From the NCBI GenBank assembly GCA_947627755.1, contig CANQXD010000003.1, forward strand, positions 4,173-68,172: DNA of 64,000 nt, read 5' to 3'. The notes below the pieces were generated by a model, which had not been told where the DNA came from, did not search any database, and saw only the letters and a program-made list of their open reading frames with translations. Shown here in pieces: positions 26,503-37,875 of the stretch. Position numbers and translations under genes: made by a program. This stretch comes from an uncultured Clostridia bacterium. Lineage in GTDB: Bacteria > Bacillota > Clostridia > TANB77 > CAG-508. The stretch's first letter is position 1, and every line of letters begins with the position of its first letter.

Positions 26503-28035
26503 TTACTTATCCAATTCAAAATAGAATTCTACTCCATTTTCATTATTGATAACACCAAAATCGTTACCATATTGGTTCATAATGGCTTTTACTAAAGCAA
26601 GTCCAATACCTGTTCCACCATCTTCTCTATTTCTAGCACTATCTACTTTATAAAAACGTTTCCAAATTCTTTCTAAGTCTTCTTCTTTAATATTTTCTCC
26701 AGTATTAAAAATGCTGACTCTTACTTTATTGTTATTCTCTTGTATTTGCACTTTTATTTGTTTTTTACCATCTTTTTCTTCTACATGCTTAATTGCATTT
26801 GTTAAATAATTTGTAATAACTTGCTCAATGTAAAATTCATCTGCATTTACAGTAATTATCTTGCTATCGTCAAATTCTACTTCAATTTGTTTTTCTGTTA
26901 ATAACATATTGCACTTACGAATAACCTCTTTCATTAATTCCACAATATCCATATTCCTATTGTTGAATTCGCCTTTTCCATACTCTAATTTCATTAGTTC
27001 TAACAATTGTTTTACTAATTTATCCATTTTTTCTGCTTCATCTAAAATAACTTCTGCATAAAATTTTCTAGATTCTTCATCATTATTTACGTTTTCTACT
27101 AATCCTTCTGCATAGCCTTGTATTAAAGCAATTGGCGTTTTTAGTTCATGAGATACATCAGAAATAAATTGTTTTCTCATTTCGTCAATTTTTGATTTTT
27201 CTTCAATATCTTTTTCTAACTCTCCATTTGTTTCTCTTAGTTGTTTTATTGTGCTTTCTAGTTTATCTGACATAGTATTAATACTTTTTCCTAAATGGTT
27301 GATTTCGTCATCTGCGTCTTTTGTTCTATATTTTTTACTAAAATCTAATTTTGACATACTTTGTGCTATTTCATTTAATTCTAGAATAGGATCTGTAAAT
27401 TTTTTGGCTATGAAGGATGCCAAAATACCTGCAATGATAATAGAAATTCCACCTATTAGAATAAGCAAACGATTTGCTATTTGCACACTTTCTTGAATAG
27501 AGGCAACTTGAATTCTTATGTATAGACTACTACCATTATCCAAACTAGCCGATAAGAAGATATAATTCATACTATTTTTTTCATCTAAAATTCTACGAAT
27601 CATTACTTTTTCATCTTGGTATATTATACGTTGTTTATTTGTTACTTTACTATCTATAATAAAATTTTGCTCTCCATTATTTAGCATCATTTCATTGATT
27701 TTGTTAATAGTTGAAGCTAAATTTCTATCTGAACTAAAAATTAAAATGCTTTGATTATTTTTTATTAAAATATCAAAGTTATTTTTCATAGCAATATGGT
27801 TTAGTTCTTCTTCTATGTTGATATTCGCATCTTCATTTTGCTCGATTGTGTTGTATAAGTTATTTATTTTTTCATATTCTAATTTTACATTTTTTACTTT
27901 CGAATATAAATAAAAACTTTCTAAAATAACATTGTTAATAATAATTAGAAATATTACAATTATAGATACGACAACACATAGACTAAGAAACAATTTAACA
28001 CGTACTGATTTTAGTTTTTCCTTGATATAGTTCAT
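26503..28035 (-). CDS. sensor histidine kinase (two TM segments, HAMP, HisKA, HATPase)
   Basis: H-box FISDVSHELKTPIALIQGYAEGL, N-box NYLTNAIKH and G-boxes GTGIGLALVKAIM. N-terminal TM and a second TM (LILIGGISIIIAGILASFIA) precede the HAMP domain. Confidence 0.9.
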   Translation of the reverse strand: MNYIKEKLKSVRVKLFLSLCVVVSIIVIFLIIINNVILESFYLYSKVKNVKLEYEKINNLYNTIEQNEDANINIEEELNHIAMKNNFDILIKNNQSILIFSSDRNLASTINKINEMMLNNGEQNFIIDSKVTNKQRIIYQDEKVMIRRILDEKNSMNYIFLSASLDNGSSLYIRIQVASIQESVQIANRLLILIGGISIIIAGILASFIAKKFTDPILELNEIAQSMSKLDFSKKYRTKDADDEINHLGKSINTMSDKLESTIKQLRETNGELEKDIEEKSKIDEMRKQFISDVSHELKTPIALIQGYAEGLVENVNNDEESRKFYAEVILDEAEKMDKLVKQLLELMKLEYGKGEFNNRNMDIVELMKEVIRKCNMLLTEKQIEVEFDDSKIITVNADEFYIEQVITNYLTNAIKHVEEKDGKKQIKVQIQENNNKVRVSIFNTGENIKEEDLERIWKRFYKVDSARNREDGGTGIGLALVKAIMNQYGNDFGVINNENGVEFYFELDK

Positions 28036-28121
28036 GAATGTTTCCTTTCTTTGTGATTTAGTGTAGTGATATTATATTTTTATGTTTTTTATGTTTTTGA
28101 TTTATCTGTTCTTGTCTAACA

Positions 28122-28799
28122 TTATTTTACTTCAAATTTATATCCAATGCCTCGAATAGTCTCAATATATCTTCCCTTTTTTCCTAGTTTATGTCGAATT
28201 TTTTTGATGTGACTATCAATAGTTCTAGAGTCTCCATAGTAATCATAGTTCCATACATTATTTAAAATTTTATCTCTTGATAGGGCAATGCCATGATTTT
28301 CTACAAGATATATTAGTAGTTCATATTCTCTTAAACTTAATTCTATTTCTTTGCCATCAATTTTTACTGTTCTTCCTTCTTCATCTATAACAATTCCACC
28401 ATATTCTTTTTTATTGCTTTCTTTTGGCTTTGTACGATTTAAAATTGCTTCTACTCTAGCTACTAATATTTTAGGACTAAAAGGTTTTGAAATATATTCA
28501 TCTACTCCTAATTCAAATCCAAATAGTTCATCTTGTTCTTCTCCTCTTGCTGTTAGCATAATAATTGGTACATCTGACTTTTGACGAATTTGACGAAGTA
28601 CTGACCATCCATCTAATTTTGGCATCATTACATCTAATAAAATTAGTTTTATTTTGTTTTGGTTTTCTTCAAATACGGTTAAAGCTTCTTCTCCATTGGC
28701 TGCTTCTAATACTTTATATTGCTTTTGCATTAAAAAGTCTTTTACTAATTTTCTCATTCTAGATTCATCATCTACTACTAAAATAGTAATATCATTCAT
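28122..28799 (-). CDS. OmpR-family response regulator
   Basis: Receiver domain (ILVVDDE...LILLDVMMPKLDGW...MLTARG) and a winged-helix output domain (LSLREYELLIYLVENHGIALSRDKILNNVW...TIRGIGYKF). Confidence 0.92.
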   Translation of the reverse strand: MNDITILVVDDESRMRKLVKDFLMQKQYKVLEAANGEEALTVFEENQNKIKLILLDVMMPKLDGWSVLRQIRQKSDVPIIMLTARGEEQDELFGFELGVDEYISKPFSPKILVARVEAILNRTKPKESNKKEYGGIVIDEEGRTVKIDGKEIELSLREYELLIYLVENHGIALSRDKILNNVWNYDYYGDSRTIDSHIKKIRHKLGKKGRYIETIRGIGYKFEVK

Positions 28800-28910
28800 T
28801 TTTTATCATCCTATCTCTATAAACGAAGTAATTATCTTTCAATTTCTCCATTTATCTTTAATTTTTATTTTATATTTTTATGTATAATTTATTTTATAAG
28901 CGTTTCTATT

Positions 28911-28943
28911 TTAAAAGAAGAGCAATGTAAAACCAATTGCTCT
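28911..28943 (-). terminator. putative terminator downstream of metG and the small ORF
   Basis: 8-bp stem agagcaat / attgctct (28919-28926 / 28936-28943). On the minus strand it is followed by TCTTTT. Confidence 0.5.
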
Positions 28944-29152
28944 AACTCTTTCTTTTTTATTATACTTGCAAAATATGTCTAGTTTGTGAATTTCTTGCTA
29001 CTTTTTTGTTTTTCTAAACACTTTTTATATTCTTATATTTTTATACTTTAGGAAAGTCATCTCCAAATACGATAGACTTGGGCGTATATTTCTTAGCTCT
29101 GTGAATAGAATGAGCAAGAAAATTATGCACACAAATTATACGTAGAAAATTT

Positions 29153-29320
29153 TTAGAAATTATTTTTCTTATTTTTAAACCAACTTTCTGTAGCTTCTGC
29201 TTTGTTCTCTGGAATCCATGAAGAATTTATATTACTTGCTTTAAATTGCTCTTGATAACGTTCTTCTCTCATATAAGGATTTCCTAACTTAATACAATAT
29301 TGTCTATGTTTTTCGTCCAT
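29153..29320 (-). CDS. unannotated small protein, 55 aa
   Basis: Not in the ORF track. My translation: MDEKHRQYCIKLGNPYMREERYQEQFKASNINSSWIPENKAEATESWFKNKKNNF. Starts 24 nt after the metG stop with RBS AGAGGTG. Confidence 0.4.
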   Translation of the reverse strand: MDEKHRQYCIKLGNPYMREERYQEQFKASNINSSWIPENKAEATESWFKNKKNNF

Positions 29321-29343
29321 ATTTAGCACCTCTTTTATTTCCT

Positions 29344-30957
<1,614 letters not shown>

Positions 30958-31031
30958 CTATTATATCCATTTGTTTTTATTGTAAGCATTTTATCATAAT
31001 TTTTTGGGAAATACAATAATAATTTATAAAG

Positions 31032-31069
31032 AAATGCAGATAACTTTCATTTTTAAGTTATCTGCATTT
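31032..31069 (-). terminator. rho-independent terminator downstream of splB
   Basis: Perfect 15-bp stem aaatgcagataactt / aagttatctgcattt with an 8-nt loop. T-rich on both sides. Confidence 0.7.
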
Positions 31070-31316
31070 TATCTATATAAAAAACAATATATTGTTTGTA
31101 CTATATCTTATGCAATTTGTATTTTTTGTGCTACTTTTTTAGAGAAGTTTTTACATAGATATATTATAATTTTTCTATTTTTTCTTGCATACATTGCTTC
31201 ATTTTTAAAGTAGATTTTAAATTGCATAAAAAGAACATTACACTTCTTTGTTTTAAATTTATTTTACAGATTGAATTTTGATTTTCGCTTTTTGAATAAA
31301 AGCTATGAATAAAGTG

Positions 31317-31338
31317 ACAAACGTCCTCAATGGCGTAT
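31317..31338. repeat. single copy of the CCATTGrGGACGTTT repeat core just 3' of splB
   Basis: Plus strand acaaacgtcctcaatggcgtat; the minus strand reads atacgCCATTGAGGACGTTTGt, starting right after the splB stop. Confidence 0.6.
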
Positions 31339-32346
31339 TTACACAATATATTTAATTTCGTTGTTTGGGAAATGCTTTTGCATTAGCTCTCTTAAAAAGC
31401 TTTCTGCTTCTTCTCTTATTTCTTTCTTGTAAGTATATTTTCCTCTGCCTCTACCTGTCATTTTCTCTTTATCATATAGCACAGGGTTATTAGGAAAAGC
31501 TTCTGTGTTAATAGCATTATGAATATAACTATAGGTCATAAAGATAATTTCAAAAAAACATTCCTTCTTTACTTTTTCACTTAAATTTTCTGCTAAATAT
31601 TCTATTAACGTTTTATATTCTTCTTTCCAGTTATCTACTAATACAATAGGTGCAATTAGAATTCCTACTTTATAGTCCGCTTCTTTTAGTTTGTTTATGG
31701 CTTCTACTCTATTTTTCAAAGGCGATGTTCCTAGTTCTACTTTTCTTATTATCTCTTGTGGATTTACGCTCACTCTTACTATAATTCTTCCTTGATGTTC
31801 TAAATTTAAGATAGGATCAACCATATCAAATTTTGTAGGAAAAGTTAAATTGCCCTTTTCTGTTCTAGCAATAAAGTTTTGAATTGTCCATACTAAATTG
31901 CCTGTGATTGTATTTTCTAGAATTAAATCACTATTGCTTCCTATTTCAAATGTTAATTCTTTTTCACTTTCATTGTTTACTTTTATTATTTTATCTAGCA
32001 TTTCTTCACGATTAACAAATAGCCTTAAATAGGCACATTTATTATAATTACAAACTAAATAGCAATATAAACACATTGCAATACATCCAGAAGATGTATA
32101 TGGTACTAAATAGTCTGATGTTTTATGGTTTGGCACAAATTTATGTGTTTTGCGAACTCCAATAATTAAATTTTGTTTCATTTTGGGAAATTCTTTATTT
32201 TCCTTTTTTCTCATTTGTTCAATGTTATTATGATTTTCTATTTCAGTGCAAGGAATTCCTTTTTCCTGATATCTTGCTAATAATTCTTTTCCTAATTCAT
32301 AGTTTTGCGCGTTTCTTTCAAAAAAAACTTCTCTTGGTAAAAACAT
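31339..32346 (-). CDS. splB: spore photoproduct lyase (radical SAM)
   Basis: Radical-SAM cysteine cluster GCIAMCLYCYL, about 335 aa. Start set at the ATG at 32346 (MFLPREVFFE) after AAAGGAGAG. Confidence 0.85.
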   Translation of the reverse strand: MFLPREVFFERNAQNYELGKELLARYQEKGIPCTEIENHNNIEQMRKKENKEFPKMKQNLIIGVRKTHKFVPNHKTSDYLVPYTSSGCIAMCLYCYLVCNYNKCAYLRLFVNREEMLDKIIKVNNESEKELTFEIGSNSDLILENTITGNLVWTIQNFIARTEKGNLTFPTKFDMVDPILNLEHQGRIIVRVSVNPQEIIRKVELGTSPLKNRVEAINKLKEADYKVGILIAPIVLVDNWKEEYKTLIEYLAENLSEKVKKECFFEIIFMTYSYIHNAINTEAFPNNPVLYDKEKMTGRGRGKYTYKKEIREEAESFLRELMQKHFPNNEIKYIV

Positions 32347-32482
32347 ATTTTTCTCTCCTTTTTTATAGTTTTTACTTTTGAAAAGTTTTTTATTCACAAT
32401 GTTTTGATGCTATGTACTTTTGTTACTATTGAGTTATATTTATTTGTATAGAAAAGTATTTAAAGTCTTTTTAATATACAAT

Positions 32483-33133
32483 TTATATATTGTCTTCAAT
32501 AACGTGTGTAAAAAGTAACAAATAAGAAATTGATAAACAAAAACCTGCCACTACGTCACTTGCATAATGAACTCCTAAATAAATTCGGCTAAGTCCAATC
32601 AAAATAATTAGTAGGCTAAGTGCTATATTATAAGTCCATTTAATTATTGGGTTTTTTACCTTTTTATGAATTAAATAAATAAACAATCCGTAAAATGCCA
32701 TGCTTACCATAGAATGACCTGAAGGAAAGCTATAGCCACTTTGCTCTACAATTCTAAAACCTTCTGGTCTTGGTCTTTGAATAATATTTTTTAATAGTTG
32801 ATTGCTAAAAAAGATAATGATTAGATTAACTCCAATGTATTTTCCTATTTTTTTCTTCCATAGACAAACTACGCTAATAATATACACTGGAATGATTACA
32901 TAACTAGAACCAATAGTGGTAATAATTTTAGCAATAATTGTGGTTGGTTCGTTAATCCATTTTGAAACAATGCTATAAATAGCATTATCAAACTCATGGA
33001 TTTCCTCATCTAATACATCTTCTAATATTACAAAAAATAGAATTAGACCAACAATTAAAATGAGCCATTTGCTATTTTTCTTAAAAAATTCTATTATTTT
33101 TTTACTCTTTTTTTCTATTGTGTTTTCCAACAT
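32483..33133 (-). CDS. PAP2-family phosphatase (BcrC-type undecaprenyl-diphosphatase candidate)
   Basis: PAP2 motifs KNIIQRPRP, PSGHS and SRIYLGVHYASDV in a polytopic 216-aa protein. Confidence 0.85.
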   Translation of the reverse strand: MLENTIEKKSKKIIEFFKKNSKWLILIVGLILFFVILEDVLDEEIHEFDNAIYSIVSKWINEPTTIIAKIITTIGSSYVIIPVYIISVVCLWKKKIGKYIGVNLIIIFFSNQLLKNIIQRPRPEGFRIVEQSGYSFPSGHSMVSMAFYGLFIYLIHKKVKNPIIKWTYNIALSLLIILIGLSRIYLGVHYASDVVAGFCLSISYLLLFTHVIEDNI

Positions 33134-33152
33134 TTTTCCTTCCTTTTTTGTT

Positions 33153-33812
33153 TTATTGTATCTTTGCTATGAGTGCTTTTATTTTTATGCCTTGCTCTTT
33201 AAACATTTTCTCATGTTCAGTTTCAATATTGTCCCAAAAATTTTCTTCATTTGCTAAGTCGTAGGTTTGCTTTGTGATGGTAAATCCACTATTTTCAAAA
33301 TAGATAAGACTATCTTTATATAAATTATCGTCATCTGTTTTAAAGTAGATTTCTCCATCATTTGTTAAAAATTCTTTATATTTTTCTAATTGCCTTGTAT
33401 GTGTAAGCCTTTTTTTATGGTGCTTTCCCCTTGGCCAAGGATTGCAAAAGTTAATATATATTCTTTCCACCTTATCCTCTTTTCCTAGAATTAAAAAGAT
33501 TCTTTCAATGTCAAATCTAGTTAAATATACATTTTCTACTTCTTTTTTAGCTTCTTGATATGTTTGCTCTATGTTTCTTTTTGCAAGTCCAAGCATAGCA
33601 TCTACTAAGTCAATAGCTAGATAGTTTATGTTTTCATTTTTAATAGCAAGCTTCGAAATAAAACTTCCTTTTCCACAACCTAGTTCAATATGAAATGGTG
33701 CTTTGTTTTTATATAATGTGCTCCACTTGTTTTTATATTCTTCTGGATTATCTATGTAAAATTTGCTTGCCTCTAATTCTGGTCTTGCCCATGGTTTAAA
33801 ACGTATTCTCAT
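33153..33812 (-). CDS. trmB: tRNA (guanine46-N7)-methyltransferase
   Basis: MRIRFKPWARPEL..., SAM-binding motif HIELGCGKGSFI and NFCNPWPRGKHHKKRL, typical of TrmB. Confidence 0.9.
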   Translation of the reverse strand: MRIRFKPWARPELEASKFYIDNPEEYKNKWSTLYKNKAPFHIELGCGKGSFISKLAIKNENINYLAIDLVDAMLGLAKRNIEQTYQEAKKEVENVYLTRFDIERIFLILGKEDKVERIYINFCNPWPRGKHHKKRLTHTRQLEKYKEFLTNDGEIYFKTDDDNLYKDSLIYFENSGFTITKQTYDLANEENFWDNIETEHEKMFKEQGIKIKALIAKIQ

Positions 33813-33999
33813 TACTTTTTCTCCTTTACCTGTTTCATATAGAGTACATTTATAAGATTTTTATTGCATAAAGAATTATAACATAAGTTTATTACTTTTA
33901 CATCTTTTTTCTATTATTTTTGGTATAAATTACCTTTGCTTTTTGTTCTTGTTTTGTGTTAACATAAATATAGAGTTGTAAGAAAGTTGAGGGATTTTT

Positions 34000-34257
34000 A
34001 TGAAGATAGTAAATACTTTGGTTAGTAAAATTAAGAATTTAGATGAAAGTATAAAGAAACTTATGTGTAAGGGATATTCTTTTTCTTTTCTATTATGCGT
34101 TGTTGCTAGTTTAACCCTTTTTACTTATGAAATTTTTTATAGTAATCCTACTTTATATTATATTGGACTTTCCTTATTTCGCACTAGTTTAATGTTTGCT
34201 TGTACTTTCTTTATTTGTGGAATTGGTTTTGATACAATAAAAAAGGAGAGAATATAG
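34000..34257 (+). CDS. hypothetical small membrane protein
   Basis: 85 aa with two hydrophobic segments, RBS GAGGGA upstream and a terminator downstream. No family recognised. Confidence 0.45.
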   Translation: MKIVNTLVSKIKNLDESIKKLMCKGYSFSFLLCVVASLTLFTYEIFYSNPTLYYIGLSLFRTSLMFACTFFICGIGFDTIKKERI

Positions 34258-34290
34258 AAAAAAGATGGCTTAAGGCCACCTTTTTTAGTT
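34258..34290. terminator. bidirectional terminator (34000 ORF / gatB)
   Basis: aaaaaa-gatggc-ttaag-gccacc-tttttt: a short GC stem flanked by an A-run and a T-run. Confidence 0.6.
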
Positions 34291-34291
34291 A

Positions 34292-35734
34292 TTATTTTTT
34301 TAATTCTTCTAAGAACATTTTATTTAGCATTTGTGGGTTTGCTTTTCCTTTGGTTTCTTTCATTGCTTGCCCTACTAAGAAACCTAGTGCTTTATCTTTT
34401 CCGGCTTTAAAGTCTGCTATAGATTGAGGGTTTGCCTCTAAGATTTTCATAACTACTTCTTTAATTGCTCCCTCGTCTGAAATTTGTATCCATCCTTTTT
34501 CTTTGATAATTTCTTCTGGGTCTTTTGGATTTTCAAATAGCTCTTCTATTACTTTTTTACCAATAGCACTACTAATGGTTCCTTTATCAATTAGAGTAAT
34601 CATTTTCGCTAATTGCTCTGCGGTAAATGGTATTTGGTCTGGTTCTAGTTCTTTTTCATTTAGAATTCTGGAAACATCAGATAATAGCCAATTTGCTACT
34701 GCTTTTGCATTGTTGCAAATTCCTTGTGCTTCTTCAAATAAGTTAGATAAGTGTTTTGATGCTGTTAATAAGTTACTATCTTTTTCAGATAAACCAAATT
34801 CCTGTATATATCTTGCACGTCTGCTTTCTGGCAATTCTGGCAAATTATTTTTTATATTTTCAATATATTCTTCTGATAAACGAATAGCAACTAAGTCTGG
34901 ATCTGGGAAGTAACGATAGTCTTGGGCATCTTCTTTATCTCTCATAGAGAAGGTTTTTCCGGATACATCGTCCCAACGCAATGTTTCTTGCTCTATTGTG
35001 CCACCTTCTTCTATCACGTCAATTTGTCTATCTGCTTCGTATTCAATGGCTCTTACAATGCTTCTGAAAGAATTCATATTTTTCATTTCCGTACGTGTTC
35101 CAAATTCAGTAGCACCTTTTTTTCTTACTGATACATTGACATCGGCACGAAGGGAACCTTCTTGCATTTTGCAATCTGAAACTTCAATATATTCTAATAT
35201 TGATTTTAACTTTTTAAGATATGCTTCTGCTTCTTTTGCGCTACGTATATCTGGCTCTGATACAATTTCAATTAAAGGAACGCCTGCTCTGTTTAAGTCT
35301 ACTAAACTTCCCCCACCAAATTCATTGTGGTTTAGTTTTCCTGCATCTTCTTCTATATGAATACGAGTTAAGCGAATTTTTTTCTTTTCTCCATTTTCTA
35401 GTTCAATTTCAATATAGCCATGCTCACAAAGTGGTTTATCAAATTGAGATATTTGGTAAGATTTTGGAAGGTCTGGATAGAAGTAATTTTTTCTATCGTT
35501 TTTGCTATCTCTTGAAATTTCACAGTTTGTAGCAAGTCCTGCTTTTACAGCATATTCTACTACCTTTTCATTTAAAACAGGAAGTGTTCCTGGCATTGCC
35601 ATGCAAATTGGACAGGTATGTGTATTAGGGTCTGCCCCAAATTCGGTTGGGCAACTACAAAAGATTTTTGTCTTTGTTGATAATTCTGCGTGTACTTCTA
35701 GTCCTATTACAATTTCATAATCTTCTCTTGCCAT
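34292..35734 (-). CDS. gatB: Asp/Glu-tRNA amidotransferase subunit B
   Basis: MAREDYEIVIGLEVHAELSTKTKIFCSC...NTHTCPICMAMPGTLPVLN is a canonical GatB sequence. Start at the ATG at 35734, 1 nt after the gatA stop. Confidence 0.95.
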   Translation of the reverse strand: MAREDYEIVIGLEVHAELSTKTKIFCSCPTEFGADPNTHTCPICMAMPGTLPVLNEKVVEYAVKAGLATNCEISRDSKNDRKNYFYPDLPKSYQISQFDKPLCEHGYIEIELENGEKKKIRLTRIHIEEDAGKLNHNEFGGGSLVDLNRAGVPLIEIVSEPDIRSAKEAEAYLKKLKSILEYIEVSDCKMQEGSLRADVNVSVRKKGATEFGTRTEMKNMNSFRSIVRAIEYEADRQIDVIEEGGTIEQETLRWDDVSGKTFSMRDKEDAQDYRYFPDPDLVAIRLSEEYIENIKNNLPELPESRRARYIQEFGLSEKDSNLLTASKHLSNLFEEAQGICNNAKAVANWLLSDVSRILNEKELEPDQIPFTAEQLAKMITLIDKGTISSAIGKKVIEELFENPKDPEEIIKEKGWIQISDEGAIKEVVMKILEANPQSIADFKAGKDKALGFLVGQAMKETKGKANPQMLNKMFLEELKK

Positions 35735-35735
35735 A

Positions 35736-37214
35736 TTAGCACACACCTCCTTTAAATTGTGGTTTATTGCTTTCTCTAAATTTAATTTTTTGTTCAAATG
35801 TATAAGCAGCATTTAAAATTTCTTCTTCTCCAAAGCGCTTTCCAATTAGTTGCATTCCGATTGGCATACCTTGAGAATCGACTCCGCATGGAATTGAAAT
35901 TCCTGGAAGACCTGCAATGTTAACAGATACTGTGCATATATCTGCTAAATACATTTCTAATGGATTGCTTGATTTAGTTCCTATTTCAAAGGCTACTGTT
36001 GGTGAGGTTGGTGTTAATAAAATATCATATTTTTCAAATGCTTCTTCAAATTGCTTTCTTACTAAAGTTCTTACTTGTTGTGCTTTTTTATAATAAGCAT
36101 CATAGTAACCAGAAGATAATACATAAGTTCCTAAAATAATTCTTCTTTTTACTTCTGAACCAAATCCTTCACTTCTAGAATTGCGGTAAATATCTTTTAA
36201 ATTGCTAAAGTTTTGCGTTCTATAGCCATAACGAATGCCATCAAATCTTCCTAAGTTTGAACTTGCTTCTGCACAAGCAATAATGTAATAAGTTGCTAAG
36301 GCGTAGTTTGCAATATCTAACGAAAATTCTTCTACTTTTGCTCCCATTTCTTTATAAGTTTCAATAGCTTTTTGCAAACTTTTCTTAACTTCTTCATTGA
36401 TTCCTTCGCCAAAAAATTCTTTTGGAATTCCTATTTTTAAGCCTTTTACATCATTTCTTAGGCATTTGGTATAATCTACTTTTTCTTTTGCTTCAGAAGT
36501 GGTATCTTTTTCATCATGTCCTGTAATGACATTTAATAGAATAGCAGCATCTTCTACATCTTTGGTAATTGGACCTATTTGGTCTAAAGAAGATGCAAAA
36601 GCTACTAAACCATAACGAGATACTAAACCATAAGTTGGCTTTAAGCCTACTACTCCACAAAAAGAAGCTGGCTGACGAATTGATCCCCCAGTATCTGAGC
36701 CTAATGCCCATGGCACTAAGTTTGCTGCAACGGCTGCTGCACTTCCTCCAGAAGACCCACCTGGTACTGTATTTAAATTCCATGGATTCTTTGTTACGTG
36801 AAAAGCAGAGTATTCGGTAGAACCACCCATCGCAAATTCATCCATGTTTAATTTTCCTAAATTGATTAAATTTTCTTCTTTTAATTTTTCTACTACGGTA
36901 GCATCATAAGGGGATACAAAGTTTTCTAACATTTTAGAGCTACAAGTTGTTTTAATTCCTTTAGTACAAATGTTGTCTTTAATTCCAATAGGAATACCAG
37001 CAAGTTTTGATGTAATTTCTCCCTTATTTACCTTTTCTTCTATTTGCTTTGCTTCTTCTTGTGCTTTACTACATAATGTTGTAACAAAGGCTTGTACCTC
37101 TTTTTCTTTTTCTTCAATTCTATTGGCATAAGCTTTTGTAATTTCGCTTATGGTAATTTCTTTTTTTTCTAATTTTTCTTGCAATTCATGCACAGTTAAT
37201 TCTGTAATATCCAT
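35736..37214 (-). CDS. gatA: Glu-tRNA(Gln) amidotransferase subunit A
   Basis: Amidase signature [13 protein letters not shown]...[26 protein letters not shown]. Confidence 0.95.
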   Translation of the reverse strand: MDITELTVHELQEKLEKKEITISEITKAYANRIEEKEKEVQAFVTTLCSKAQEEAKQIEEKVNKGEITSKLAGIPIGIKDNICTKGIKTTCSSKMLENFVSPYDATVVEKLKEENLINLGKLNMDEFAMGGSTEYSAFHVTKNPWNLNTVPGGSSGGSAAAVAANLVPWALGSDTGGSIRQPASFCGVVGLKPTYGLVSRYGLVAFASSLDQIGPITKDVEDAAILLNVITGHDEKDTTSEAKEKVDYTKCLRNDVKGLKIGIPKEFFGEGINEEVKKSLQKAIETYKEMGAKVEEFSLDIANYALATYYIIACAEASSNLGRFDGIRYGYRTQNFSNLKDIYRNSRSEGFGSEVKRRIILGTYVLSSGYYDAYYKKAQQVRTLVRKQFEEAFEKYDILLTPTSPTVAFEIGTKSSNPLEMYLADICTVSVNIAGLPGISIPCGVDSQGMPIGMQLIGKRFGEEEILNAAYTFEQKIKFRESNKPQFKGGVC

Positions 37215-37230
37215 CTGTTTTCCTTTCTAT

Positions 37231-37408
37231 TTACCTTTAGGGTACCATTATGTACCATTGGGGACGTTTCCTTTTGGTATATCTGTCCCTAATGGTAACT
37301 TTTATTATTAAAATTTTCTTTAATGTACCTTTAGGAAACGTCCCCAATGGTACATCTATTATCATATTTTATTTAATGTTTCTTTAGGAAACGTCCCAAA
37401 AGAGACAT
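37231..37408. repeat. cluster of palindromic repeat units filling the gatC-gatA spacer
   Basis: Perfect 22-bp inverted repeat atgtaccattggggacgtttcc (37250-37271) / ggaaacgtccccaatggtacat (37334-37355). A third partial unit tttaggaaacgtccc lies at 37384-37398. The units form hairpins with different stems around a conserved core. Confidence 0.85.
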
Positions 37409-37696
37409 TTATTGTATTACTTTTGGTATTTTAAACATATTTCTTTCTTTTTCTGGGGCATTTGCTAGTAATGCTTCATTATCTTCAAATACTTTTATTT
37501 CATCTTTACGAAATACGTTTTCATTTTCATTTACTCCAAAAGATTCTCCTAAACCTTCTACTGGTGCATTATTTACAATGTTTGCAAAATTTAAAATGTC
37601 TTGCAAATGTAGTAAATAAGTATCTATTTCTTCTTCTTTTAAATTTAAGTTGGCTAGTTTTGCTATATGCAAAATTTCTTCTCTACTTACTTTCAT
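37409..37696 (-). CDS. gatC: Asp/Glu-tRNA amidotransferase subunit C
   Basis: MKVSREEILHIAKLANLNLKEEEIDTY...FRKDE is a typical GatC sequence. Start moved to the ATG at 37696. Confidence 0.9.
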   Translation of the reverse strand: MKVSREEILHIAKLANLNLKEEEIDTYLLHLQDILNFANIVNNAPVEGLGESFGVNENENVFRKDEIKVFEDNEALLANAPEKERNMFKIPKVIQ

Positions 37697-37875
37697 AGTT
37701 ATTATTTCCTTTCCTAAAATGCAAACTAGTTTGTAATTGTTATTTGGCAATTATTTTTCAAACTTTTGTTATTATACCTTTTTTTTCTGTAAATTACAAG
37801 AAATCTTACAAAAAAAGTTACGCAAAATAAAACTTTTGCGTAACTTTTAATCAACTTTATTATAAGACTTAGTCC

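Noticed and set aside
37215-37408. Interpreting the CCATTGGGGACGTTT repeats as a DNA uptake sequence linked to the type IV pilus
   Set aside because: Only about five copies occur in 64 kb, far below the density of Neisseria or Haemophilus uptake sequences, and no uptake sequence is known in Firmicutes. It is kept only as a low-probability alternative inside the repeat finding.
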